Made by a program: the position numbers and the translations under genes | Assembly (NCBI GenBank): GCA_050331235.1 | Contig: JBHJHA010000091.1 | Span: 1 to 34,997 of the forward strand | Reading direction: 5' to 3' | From: Leptolyngbyaceae cyanobacterium | Lineage (GTDB): Bacteria > Cyanobacteriota > Cyanobacteriia > Phormidesmidales > Phormidesmidaceae | DNA: 34,997 nucleotides | Shown: one piece after another, positions 19,987-30,300 of the stretch | How positions within the stretch are numbered: position 1 is the first letter of the stretch | How the letters are laid out: each line of letters begins with the position of its first letter | Notes under the pieces: generated by a model | Database searches by the model: none | Told to the model about the DNA's origin: nothing | Seen by the model: the letters and a program-made list of their open reading frames with translations, nothing else

Positions 19987-20008
19987 GCTTTTCACCCGAG
20001 TGAAAAGC
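19987..20008. promoter_or_regulatory. Perfect 9-bp inverted repeat in the ilvN/infC divergent region
   Basis: GCTTTTCAC-CCGA-GTGAAAAGC; function not determined. Confidence 0.4.
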
Positions 20009-20476
20009 GGTATCTCAGCTCATTTAGGGCCAGACACCCTCGAGAGGTTAGAAATTTGCTAGAGGCCAAGTGACGATAAGAATCTCGCCATAGACAATCC
20101 AGTGACTGAGAGCGGGTACACCTGGCTGTAGTTTGCGCGATGTACTCTGCGATTTCAATCTTGGGCAACGCCCCTGGAGTTGAATCAACCATCGTCAATA
20201 CAGGAAGGGACAACCCATTGCATTGACCAGATTGCCTGTGTCTGCCGTGTCGGACTTACGATAAGTAAACATTTCGACCGACTTTGCAACGAATATATGT
20301 GCAAATTCAGATCGGGCGATTAATATCGTAGAGACGTTGCCCAATAGCCAAAACCGATGGGCAATTTGTAGAGCACGCGTGGTTCCCCTAGACGAAGTTT
20401 GGGGTCAACCAGTAGGCTATAGAACGATCAAATTTGAGTCCATTTATTCCGTACTCTTTTCTATTTTCTGCCACGT

Positions 20477-21001
20477 ATGCGAAGCCGAAATCCTCGTAAC
20501 GTTCCTCCGATTAATGAAAACATTCGCTTCCCAGAGATTCGCCTGATTGGGTCTGATGGCGATCAGCTGGGGGTGATGCCCCCGAGTGAGGCGCTCCGCC
20601 TTGCCGAGGAGCAAGAGCTCGATCTGGTATTGGTCAGTGATAAGGCCAATCCACCGGTTTGTCGGATTATCAACTACGGCAAATACAAATTTGAGCAGGA
20701 AAAGCGCGCCCGAGAAGCGCGTAAGCGTCAGCACAATGCTGAAGTCAAGGAAGTCAAGATGCGTTACAAGATTGACGACCATGATTATAATGTGCGCGTC
20801 AAAAATGCCCAGCGCTTTCTTAAGTCTGGGGATAAGGTTAAGGCCACCGTCATGTTTCGTGGTCGTGAAATTCAGCATTCTGACTTGGCTGAGAAGCTGC
20901 TGCGACGGATGGCGGGGGATCTGGAAGAATTTGCCGAGATTCAACAGGCGCCGAAACGAGAAGGTCGGAATATGATGATGCTGTTGTCGCCCAAGAAGTA
21001 G
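20477..21001 (+). CDS. infC: Translation initiation factor IF-3
   Basis: INENIR..EIRLI, LDLVLVS....[30 protein letters not shown]. Confidence 0.98.
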   Translation: MRSRNPRNVPPINENIRFPEIRLIGSDGDQLGVMPPSEALRLAEEQELDLVLVSDKANPPVCRIINYGKYKFEQEKRAREARKRQHNAEVKEVKMRYKIDDHDYNVRVKNAQRFLKSGDKVKATVMFRGREIQHSDLAEKLLRRMAGDLEEFAEIQQAPKREGRNMMMLLSPKK

Positions 21002-21051
21002 TTGTTTGAGCAACGTAGTGGGCGATCGCGACTATCCTTTTCGCCCTACCT

Positions 21052-24027
21052 ATGAAATCGAGTCGGACTCTACCTTTAGCACTGCCTCCGTGGCAGCAGC
21101 GGCTGCTCCGCATCATTAATTTGCGGCCTAATGAAGCCGAACGAACATTTTTGATGTTCGTTTTTTATACGGCAACCTCCATGGGCATTTTGTGGCTGGA
21201 GGTCAGTTCTGCCGCGCTGTTTTTAGAGGAGTACGGCCCTGACTCGCTGCCATGGATCTATATCTTCAGCGCCGGCATTGGATTTGGCCTGAGCATGGTG
21301 TACTCCTGGCTGCAAAAATTTTTGCCGTTGCGCCGGGTGATTGTCATCATCGCCATTTTGATGGCGATTCCAGTTTTGTTGTTTCGCTGGGGGCTTGATG
21401 TCGAGCCCCTGCTGCCGATCACTATCTTTGCCATGCGATTGTGGATGGAGGCGATTTACGGGCTCAATGACCTCAACGTTTCCATCACTGCTAATCAGTT
21501 ATTTAATATTCGAGAAATCAAGCGGACGTTTCCCTTGGTCAGTAGCGGTAACCTAGTTGCCGATGTACTAAGCGGTTTTTCAGTCTTTATTTTGGTCTCG
21601 GTGGTGGGGCTGAAAAACGTCCTGCTGCTGTCATTTTTGATCATGATTGCTGGGGCGGTGGTGCTGTTAAAAATCAGCCGCAATTACGATCACGCTTTTC
21701 CCGATTCGCTCCAGCAGCAAGCAGAAGCTGGGCAAGACGACCATAAAGCTCAGCGCTCGCGGGGTACGATCCGTCAATACGTGATCATGCTGTTCAGCTT
21801 TTTTGTGCTGGCTCAGATTTTGATGTATTTGATTGAGTTTGAATACCTGACTCAACTAGAAATTAATTTAGAAATTGACGAGATTGCTGCCTTCTTAGGT
21901 ATCTTCAGTGGACTATTGGGGCTGATTGAGCTGCTGACTCAGTGGTTTACCTCCAGTCGTCTGATTGAGCGCCAGGGCGTCTTTACGGTGCTGGCGATTC
22001 TGCCGCTGGTGATTGTGGGGATCAGCGTCATGACGATGATTGGCGGCTATCCAGGGCTATTGGGGCCCACCGCTTTATTCTTAGGCCTTGTTATTCTCAA
22101 ATTCTTTGATGAGTGGTTGCGCTATACCCTCGTTGCCAGTACCCGCCCGTTGCTATTTCAGCCGATTCCAGATAGTGAGCGCACCCTGTTTCAATCCCTC
22201 GTAGGCGGCATTGCTGAGCCCTTGGCCATGGGAGGAACGGGCGTTTTTATTCTGCTGGTAATTGCGTGGGCCGATTTCCTCGGCTTCTCCAGTCAGATGC
22301 TGCAGGCCCAGTTCTTTTTAGGCGTGATCGCTTTTCTTGCCATCGTTTGGCTCGGAGCAATTTTGCTGCTGCGATCGCAGTATTTAGAGCTTTTGGTTAA
22401 AAGTGCTCAGCGTGGTTTGCTCAGCATGACTGACGCCACCTTGCGCAACCTCCGCCGCGCGTTTGTGGAGCAGTTGGAAAAGCCTGGATCAGAGGCCGAC
22501 AAACGTTCCTGTATTGAGCTGCTATCGCAACTTGATCCGCGTAGCGTGGGCGAAGTGTTAGCGCCACGGCTGTCCACGCTACCGCTCTCCCTGCGTCGCC
22601 AAAGTTTAGAAGTCATGTTGGAATATCCCAACACCGGGCATACCGAAGCGGTGCGCCGGCTGATTAAAACGGAACAGCCGCCCGAAATCTTAGCTCTGGC
22701 ACTACGCTACATCTGGATTACCGAAGACAGCCCTGATATTGCCCATCTGCAGTCCTATCTCAATCCGGATGTGGAGCCCGTAGTCCGAGGCACGGCGGCT
22801 TCGTTAATGCTCAAGCATGGGAACGCGCGGGAAAAAAACGAGGCCGTTAATACGCTGCGGCAAATGCTTACCCATGAGCGGGAGCGAGAGCGAGTTATGG
22901 GGTGCCGGGCCTTGGGCGAGGCCGACTATTTACAGTCGCTGCGACTATACATTCCTAATCTGTTGCAAGATGAGTCGTTACGGGTGCGACGGGCTCTGCT
23001 AGAGGCGATCGCTGCGACTAACTTGACCGAATATTATCCGTCTTTGATGAAAGCGCTGCAGTATAAATCTACCCGTGAGGCTGCCAGCCAAGCCCTAACG
23101 CGGCTCGGCAACGACGCCATTGAAATGTTAGAGGCGGTGGCCCTAGATCCTTATCGCCCTACTAGCTTGCGCAATCAAGCCTGGCAGGCGATCGGCAACA
23201 TGGGGAGTGATGCTGCGATCGACTGCTTGTTACAAAATCTGATTACTAGTTGGGGGGGGACTCGCCGTACCCTATTGCGGATTTTGCTGCGATTGGTGCA
23301 AGACACGGGATTTAATCGAGTGCAGGGCATTGATGCTGCGTTAGATCGGTTTGGTCGAGATGGGGTGGAAGAATTGATCAACCAGGAACTCACCTTTATT
23401 GGTCAGATCTACGGCGCATTGCTCGATTTAGGGGAGGACGTTCTACAGGGTCGAGAAGCCACATTGTTGCAGCGTGCCCTGGAAGAATTGCGCGGAGACG
23501 CCATCAAACGCATCTTTATGTTGCTGCGGTTTATTTCACCAGCGGGCGCAATTCAAGCGGCGGAGGTGAGTTGGGAGGCGGGAACCTCTTCTAACCGTGC
23601 CCGGGGCATTGAGATTCTAGACAACACATTGGATATTCCTAGTAAGCGAGCGATTTTAACAATCCTCGATCGCCGCAGTTGGACTGAAAAGCTCGAAGTC
23701 TTGAGTGACAGTGAGCTGTATTTTTATCAGCCAATAGGCTCGAGCGATCGCCTCCGGTATTTATTAGACCTGCGATACTTCCTATCTGATTGGGCGCTCG
23801 CCTGCTGCTTTCATGTGGCCCGGGCCCAACAGTGGAGCCTGAGCGCCGAAAATACCGTGGCCTGCCTCCGCCACCCTACCGGCTTTGTGCGTGAAGCCGT
23901 ATTGTCTTATCTGCAAGTGGCCTCACCGCGCGTGCTGCGAGAGCTGTTGCCCCTAATGCGCGACGATCCCAATGAACTGGTGACGAATCAAGTCGAACAG
24001 CTTATGGTCGAGCTGCAAATGGTGTAA
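21052..24027 (+). CDS. MFS/Npt(TLC)-like multi-TM domain fused to HEAT repeats
   Basis: About 440-aa hydrophobic N-terminal half (LPWIYI, NQLFNIREIKRTFPL, SSRLIERQG) followed by helical HEAT-like repeats (LLQDESLRVRRALLEAI, LRHPTGFVREAVL, DDPNELV). Confidence 0.8.
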   Translation: MKSSRTLPLALPPWQQRLLRIINLRPNEAERTFLMFVFYTATSMGILWLEVSSAALFLEEYGPDSLPWIYIFSAGIGFGLSMVYSWLQKFLPLRRVIVIIAILMAIPVLLFRWGLDVEPLLPITIFAMRLWMEAIYGLNDLNVSITANQLFNIREIKRTFPLVSSGNLVADVLSGFSVFILVSVVGLKNVLLLSFLIMIAGAVVLLKISRNYDHAFPDSLQQQAEAGQDDHKAQRSRGTIRQYVIMLFSFFVLAQILMYLIEFEYLTQLEINLEIDEIAAFLGIFSGLLGLIELLTQWFTSSRLIERQGVFTVLAILPLVIVGISVMTMIGGYPGLLGPTALFLGLVILKFFDEWLRYTLVASTRPLLFQPIPDSERTLFQSLVGGIAEPLAMGGTGVFILLVIAWADFLGFSSQMLQAQFFLGVIAFLAIVWLGAILLLRSQYLELLVKSAQRGLLSMTDATLRNLRRAFVEQLEKPGSEADKRSCIELLSQLDPRSVGEVLAPRLSTLPLSLRRQSLEVMLEYPNTGHTEAVRRLIKTEQPPEILALALRYIWITEDSPDIAHLQSYLNPDVEPVVRGTAASLMLKHGNAREKNEAVNTLRQMLTHERERERVMGCRALGEADYLQSLRLYIPNLLQDESLRVRRALLEAIAATNLTEYYPSLMKALQYKSTREAASQALTRLGNDAIEMLEAVALDPYRPTSLRNQAWQAIGNMGSDAAIDCLLQNLITSWGGTRRTLLRILLRLVQDTGFNRVQGIDAALDRFGRDGVEELINQELTFIGQIYGALLDLGEDVLQGREATLLQRALEELRGDAIKRIFMLLRFISPAGAIQAAEVSWEAGTSSNRARGIEILDNTLDIPSKRAILTILDRRSWTEKLEVLSDSELYFYQPIGSSDRLRYLLDLRYFLSDWALACCFHVARAQQWSLSAENTVACLRHPTGFVREAVLSYLQVASPRVLRELLPLMRDDPNELVTNQVEQLMVELQMV

Positions 24028-24164
24028 GTCGCTGCTGGAGTCGGCACCGAATATTTGCGCCACGGTCGTTCCAGGTTTGATGACGAGTCGTTCTAAGCGG
24101 ACCTTGGGCACCCTAGAAGCGCTGTGTCACAATGTAGAGCATTACCTTACGAAGGAGTCGGTGC

Positions 24165-25697
24165 GTGCTGGAAGCACAGGTGCATGAACAGTTGCGGGCA
24201 TTTCTGCGACATCATAGCAATACTGACTGGCCCCACCATTTAACGATGGCGCGGCTAGCGGCTCGGGCGTTGCGGCTCGGGCGGAGCTCTCTAATGCAAG
24301 TCGGCGCCGCCGCACTCTATCGAGGGCACTATCGACTCAGCTATTTGATCTCCTTGCTGCTGTGGCCTGGTCCCGCTGTTTTGGTCTTACCTGAGGCGGT
24401 GCAGCAGTCAGTGCTACTGGGCGATATTCCTCGTCTGCAAGACTGGATGCCCAGCGAAAAATCAGTGCAGTGGGGCGATGAATGGCCCCATGCCGACTTC
24501 CAAGGACTGTTTTTAACTACGCCCCAAGCTTGGCTGAGCAATCGCCTCCATCAAAAACAGCGTTTTCCGGTTGGCGTCCCTGTCTTTATCGACGGTGCGG
24601 ATGATCTAGAAGCCTGGGTGCGCGATGTGCTTACGGTGACCCTAGATGGAGATGCTTGGCAGGCCCTGATGCAGGCCTATCCCCAACATCAAGCTGTGAT
24701 TCGCGATGTGCGAGTCAATCTGACTCATCAGGTATTTCAACATCCTGCCAATCCGTATCATTGCCATTTGATTGATGACCCAGAGCGGCAGACGTTACTG
24801 GCGCTCCGTCAGGTTCTGTGGGATGGCGACATCGATCAAACTGGCATGCCTCCTATCTGGCGACAGCTGTGGCATCAGCTTGGTCAAAGCGAATCACTCC
24901 AATGGGCGCGCCTTGATCGCGACAGTGGTCGATGGACTCTCAATAGTGCTCCCATTGACGTGGCTCCGGTGATGACTTCCCTATGGGAGCAGCAGCCCCT
25001 GGTGATTGTCGGGGGAGCCCTTGACCCCACGGCAACGGCGAATGAATATCGCCAGCGGTTAGGTTTAGGTGACATGACCTGCCTCAAATTCAACCCGGAT
25101 CGCCATTCTGAAGAAGTCACTCTATATTTACCCGACCGCATTCCCTTGCCTAATACGGCTGAGTTTCAGCCGATTTTGCTGGATGAGCTCGGTTATCTCG
25201 TAGTGGCAGGCACGAGTCGAGGTGGTCTTACGGTCGTGCTAGTTAACGACACCCCGCTGAAACACCAAGTGGCCACCGCCTTGGCGTCCCAGTTTGGTTC
25301 ACGGGTGCAAGTCGAAACTACCCGCCTACCGGAAAACGGAGTACTGGTGGCGGGATGGCAGTTTTGGCAAACGCACCAGACGCAGCTACCCGCCCCTAAC
25401 TTGTTGGTCATGGCGACGCTGCCCCTGCCCTCTTTAGAAAATCCCCTGGTGGCGGGACGTGTTGCTTACTACAAGCGATCGCGCCAAGACTGGTTTCGAC
25501 TATATTTACTACCCTCGGCTCTGATGGAGCTGCAGCGAGCGATCGCCCCTGTGCGGGCCAATCAAGGTGTTGTAGCCATTCTCGACAGTCGGGTCAATCA
25601 TCGCAGCTACGGACATCAAATTTTGCAAGCGCTGAATCCCGCCATTCGCCTACATCAGCGCCATCATCTTTGGCTCACAGAGCCCGTGACCTTTTGA
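24165..25697 (+). CDS. DinG/XPD-like protein with helicase C2 domain and degenerate ATPase motifs
   Basis: C-terminal LP.PSLENPLV, LQRAIAPVR...GVVAILDSRV..RSYG pattern of DinG family; N-terminal WPHHLTMARL.ARALR typical of cyanobacterial homologs; GAAGGAG RBS and GTG start. Confidence 0.8.
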   Translation: MLEAQVHEQLRAFLRHHSNTDWPHHLTMARLAARALRLGRSSLMQVGAAALYRGHYRLSYLISLLLWPGPAVLVLPEAVQQSVLLGDIPRLQDWMPSEKSVQWGDEWPHADFQGLFLTTPQAWLSNRLHQKQRFPVGVPVFIDGADDLEAWVRDVLTVTLDGDAWQALMQAYPQHQAVIRDVRVNLTHQVFQHPANPYHCHLIDDPERQTLLALRQVLWDGDIDQTGMPPIWRQLWHQLGQSESLQWARLDRDSGRWTLNSAPIDVAPVMTSLWEQQPLVIVGGALDPTATANEYRQRLGLGDMTCLKFNPDRHSEEVTLYLPDRIPLPNTAEFQPILLDELGYLVVAGTSRGGLTVVLVNDTPLKHQVATALASQFGSRVQVETTRLPENGVLVAGWQFWQTHQTQLPAPNLLVMATLPLPSLENPLVAGRVAYYKRSRQDWFRLYLLPSALMELQRAIAPVRANQGVVAILDSRVNHRSYGHQILQALNPAIRLHQRHHLWLTEPVTF

Positions 25698-25793
25698 TCG
25701 GGACAACAGCGTTTTTAGAACGCGGTATCATGCAAAATGACTTGCGAACCGCAGTTAGATCCCGGTTTACACACGTTCTGACAGAGGAAAGTC

Positions 25794-26009
25794 ATGGGAG
25801 AAGCTAAACGCCGCAAAGAAAAACTGGGTGCTGATTATGGCAAAGAAGAAAAGATTTTGCCATGGGTACCCATTACCAAGGACCAGAGCGAAAAATTTGT
25901 GAAATGGACCACCCAGGGGGCCTGGATCGGCATTTTTGCCATGATTGCTCTATGGATTACCATCCGCTTCATCGGTCCTGGCTTTGGCTGGTGGGAAATC
26001 TCTGGCTAG
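25794..26009 (+). CDS. DUF2839-family small membrane protein
   Basis: MGEAKRRK...PWVPITK.Q......TTQGAWIGI...WITIRFIGP.FGWW. Confidence 0.88.
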   Translation: MGEAKRRKEKLGADYGKEEKILPWVPITKDQSEKFVKWTTQGAWIGIFAMIALWITIRFIGPGFGWWEISG

Positions 26010-26043
26010 TTGACGGGCGACTGCCGGCATGGGATGAGTAAAT

Positions 26044-26253
26044 TTAGCGGCGGATTACAGCACGGCTACTTAGTAAAATCGCCGTCGCCACTAAACCGCC
26101 CGCCACCCCAAAGCTCAGAACAATCCCTATTGGTAGCTCAACAGACTTTAATCCCAAAAAGCGGACGGCCACGGGGGTCGCATTTTGGACTGACAAGATG
26201 GCGATCGCGACGATCCAAACGGCGCTAATCGTAACGATAAAGAGTTTGGGCAT
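26044..26253 (-). CDS. LapA/DUF1049-like small membrane protein
   Basis: [27 protein letters not shown] pattern; two TM segments. Confidence 0.8.
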   Translation of the reverse strand: MPKLFIVTISAVWIVAIAILSVQNATPVAVRFLGLKSVELPIGIVLSFGVAGGLVATAILLSSRAVIRR

Positions 26254-26369
26254 CGGTTTCCCATCGGCAGACTCACTACATTTTCGCATTGTTAGCGAAA
26301 GAAAAATATGTTTGCCAGGTCGGCGCCCAATTAGGTAAAGTGGTAGACCGGGCGTTTGAAGGGAGAACT

Positions 26370-26828
26370 ATGGCTAAGCGAATTCCGGTTGTGCTACAGG
26401 AAGATGTGCGTAAATTAGGCATTTCGGGGGACTTGGTAGAAGTTGCTCCGGGTTATGCTCGTAACTATTTGTTCCCGCGGGGGTTGGCTGTACGTACAAC
26501 TCCCGGTGTGCTCAAACAGGTTGAGCGGCGGCGAGAAGAGGTTCGCCAGCGGCTAGAGCAAATTAAGCAAGATGCCGAGTCGATGAAGACGGCACTGGAA
26601 ACTATTGGGATGTTTGTCATCAAGAAGCCAGTGGGTGAAGATGACGCTATTTTTGGTACGGTGACGTCTGGTGACGTTGCTGAAGCCATTCAAGAAGCGA
26701 CTCAGCGAGAAGTGGATCGGCGGGATATTTCGGTTCCAGACATCAACAAACTGGGTGAATATCAGGTCAATATCAAACTTCATGCTGAAGTGACAGCAAC
26801 CATCAATATCCGCGTAGCGGCTGACTAG
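26370..26828 (-). other. No minus-strand feature; antisense ORFs here are shadows of rplI
   Basis: ORFs 26465-26689 and 26553-26849 lie opposite rplI and have no motifs. Confidence 0.3.
26370..26828 (+). CDS. rplI: 50S ribosomal protein L9
   Basis: [46 protein letters not shown] before ATG 26370. Confidence 0.98.
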   Translation: MAKRIPVVLQEDVRKLGISGDLVEVAPGYARNYLFPRGLAVRTTPGVLKQVERRREEVRQRLEQIKQDAESMKTALETIGMFVIKKPVGEDDAIFGTVTSGDVAEAIQEATQREVDRRDISVPDINKLGEYQVNIKLHAEVTATINIRVAAD

Positions 26829-26853
26829 ACAACCATTGAACGCTCGCATTGAT

Positions 26854-26888
26854 AGCAGGTTAGGTAGTTTGCCTAGCCTGCTTTGTTG
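26854..26888 (+). terminator. Rho-independent terminator after rplI
   Basis: AGCAGGTTAGGT-AGTTT-GCCTAGCCTGCT, a 12-bp stem with 2 G-U pairs, followed by TTGTTG. Confidence 0.7.
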
Positions 26889-27367
26889 TGTGATGATGGG
26901 CGCTCAATCTAGCAACCTAGCCAGCGGCGGCAGTGAGAATGAAGCAAAACTAGCTGCATTTGGGCATCAATGGGAAAGCCAGCATCGCTCAAAATGTCCG
27001 AACTCTCCCAAAAGCGATCTATAAAAAATAGCGCGATCAATTGCAGTTCTCCTTAACTGCTGCTGTCCAGCTGACCCGAAGCTTTCAGCTGTTCCCAAAT
27101 GGCCATGGATGATCAGGGAAACTGACTGCCGAAATGATGGGTCATCCAATTTCAGAAAACTGGTTGAGGACGACTCTTCCAGCCCAACTTATCGGTGGGG
27201 TGATGGAACTGAGCAAGGTGGATTAAAGCTTGACCAGAGCAGCCGGGTGACTTACCTAGAATGTGTGAGCAGACTACTTTATTTATCGTTTGGTGGGGAA
27301 TGTAACTGCCAATTGAGGAAATTGCGACAGACTGGAGAGGTAAAGGCTTCAGGAGTATTGAGCTGAC

Positions 27368-30300
27368 ATGAGTGTTGCGCCCGTTAGAAATGTTGAGTCC
27401 TCTACTCAGGTGGTCGTTGAGGAGTCACAAGTGCAGGCGATCGCCCGAGAACTGCTCGCTGAGACTGGCGAGAAGCGATCGCTATTTGCCAAAGTGCGTG
27501 ACCAGTTTCGTTGGGATGACAAGCTGCTCAGTTGGGCAATGGAAAACCCTGGGCTGCGGGTCCATTTGTTTCAGCTCATCGATTGTTTGCCGGCCCTGAC
27601 GACTAAAACTGAAGTCGCTCGTCATCTGCAAGAGTACCTCAGTGATGAATCGGTAGAGTTGCCCCAGACTCTTAAGGGGCTGCTCAACTTTACTGCGGCG
27701 GACTCAGTACCGGGCAAGGCTGCCGCTACCACCCTGTCTACCGCGGTGGAAACCCTCGCTCGTAAGTACATTGCTGGTGCCAATCTGAAAGAAGCCCTCA
27801 AAAGTATCGAAAAGCTGCGCAAGCAGTCCATGACCTTTACGGTGGATGTACTGGGTGAGGCCGTCATTACAGAAGCTGAAGCCCAGGCGTACTTAGATCA
27901 GTATTTGACCCTGATGACTCAGCTGACGGACGCGGCCCAGCGCTGGTCGACTGTGTCCCAGGTTGACAGCGCTGATGGCGAACCCTTATCCCCAGTGCAG
28001 GTGTCGGTTAAGCTGACGGCGTTTTATTCCCAATTTGACGCCCTTGATGTGGAGGGTTCCCAAGCGAAGGTTAGAGATCGCATTCGACAACTGCTGCGGC
28101 GAGCTCAACAAGTGGGCGCGGCAGTGCACTTTGACATGGAGCAGTACCGATACAAAGAGGCTACGCTAGCCACCCTTAAACAGCTTTTGATGGAAGCGGA
28201 ATTTCGCGATCGCTCGGATATTGGCGTAACGCTGCAAGCCTATTTGCGGGACAGCTATCAGGATTTGCAAGATCTGATTCAGTGGGCGCGGCAGCGGGGT
28301 ACACCTGTGACGGTGCGCTTAATTAAAGGAGCCTATTGGGATCAAGAGACGATTACCGCCCGGCAAAACCATTGGCCCACCCCGGTGTATCGCGAGAAAT
28401 CATCCACTGATGTCAACTTTGAGCGCATGACGCGGCGACTGCTCGAACACCATGAGTATCTCCATGCGGCCATTGGTAGCCACAATGTGAGATCGCAGGC
28501 CTACGCGATCGCCACGGCGCAGGCGCTCAACATTCCCCAACGCCGAATCGAATATCAGGTGCTTTACGGCATGGCTGATAACCTGGCGACGGCTTTAGCC
28601 AATCAGGGCCATCGGGTGCGGGTCTACTGCCCCTACGGTGACTTGATTCCCGGTATGGCGTATCTAATTCGCCGCCTGCTAGAAAATACTGCCAACAGTT
28701 CCTTTTTGGCTCAAAGCGTGGGCGACGTATCGGCCGAAGCGTTACTGGCACCACCTCAATGGGGCGAGGGCGACTACGATGACGACGAAGTTCAGCCAGA
28801 AGGTAGTCATTTACCGTTTGAGCCTGCAGCTGATACCGACTATGCGATCGCGGCGGCCCGTGACCAAGCCGCAGCTGCCTTAAGCGATGTCAAGGCTCAA
28901 CTCGGAAAAGTCTATTGGCCTCTCATTGGGGGAGAAGCTGTGCAGACCGAGGCCCAATTGCAATCAGTGAATCCCGGCGCACCGACACAAATTGTAGGCA
29001 CGGTGGGCCAGCTGAATATTGACCAGGCCGAGCAGGCGATCGCCGCCGCTAAAGCTGCCTTCCAAGACTGGAAACGTACCCCCACCTTAGAACGTGCCAA
29101 TATCATTCGGCGAGCCGCCGACCGGCTCGAAGCCCGCCGCCATGAACTCAATGCCTGGATGGTATTTGAGGGCGGCAAGCCGCTCCATCAGGCCGATGCA
29201 GAAGTGTCTGAAGCCGCCGACTTTTGTCGGTTTTACGCGGCAGAAATGGAACGGTTGGACCAGGAAGTGGTTTACGACGTTGCTGGAGAGAACGATCGCT
29301 ACTTCTATCAGCCGAAGGGCATTGTTCTGGTCATCTCTCCATGGAACTTCCCCCTCGCTATTCCCACTGGGATGACCGTTGCTGCCCTGGTGACGGGCAA
29401 CTGTGCGCTGCTCAAGCCCGCTGCCCCCACAGCGGTAATCGCCGCTAAACTGAGCGAAATTTTGGTGGAAGCTGGTATTCCCAAGGGGGTGTTCCAGTAC
29501 ATTCCGGGGGCTGGCTCGACGGTGGGCTCCCATTTGGTGAAGCATCCTGACGTACATATGATCGTGTTTACTGGGTCCCAAGAGGTCGGCTGTCGAATTT
29601 ATGCCGATGCAGCGATTTTGCAACCAGGGCAGCGCCACCTTAAGCGGGTAGTGGCCGATATGGGGGGCAAAAATGCCATTGTTGTAGATGAAAGTGCCGA
29701 TTTAGATCAGGCGGTGCAGGGTGTCGTCTATTCCGCCTTTGGCTATAGCGGGCAAAAGTGTTCGGCCTGCTCCCGTGTGGTGGTGATGGATGCCATTTAC
29801 GAGACCTTTGTCGCTCGCCTAATCGCAGCCACCCAATCTCTCAATGTTGGTCAGGCGGCCGATCCTAGTACCAAGGTCGGTCCCGTCATCGATGCGGCGG
29901 CCCAAACGCGTATCCGTCAGGTCATTGAACAGGGCAAAACTGAGGCCACCCTCGCCCTCCAGATACCGGCCCCCGAGACCGGCTATTTCGTCGGACCCGT
30001 GATTTTCACCGATGTGGAACCCCAAAGCACCCTTGCCCAGGAAGAAATCTTTGGTCCCGTTTTATCGGTGATCAAGGCATCAGGCTTTGGCCAAGCGCTG
30101 GCAATCGCCAACGGTACTCGCTTTGCACTCACCGGTGGTCTATATTCCCGTACCCCTTCCCACATTGACCAGGCAAAAAGGGAGTTTGAAGTGGGTAACC
30201 TGTATATCAACCGCAGCATCACCGGGGCGATCGTGGCGCGTCAGCCCTTTGGCGGCTTCAAACTGTCGGGGGTCGGCTCCAAAGCTGGCGGTCCCGACTA

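Noticed and set aside
20444..21013. 189-aa antisense ORF covering infC
   Set aside because: Codon-mirrored shadow of infC; no independent evidence.
24038..24164. GCACCGA...TCGGTGC resembling the tracrRNA terminal hairpin
   Set aside because: Only 7 bp, more than 100 nt apart, with no cas genes or repeats; chance.
27068..27230. Fragments resembling c-di-AMP (CCCGAA...CAGCT) and SAM-I (CTTATC) riboswitches
   Set aside because: The other conserved elements of those aptamers are absent.
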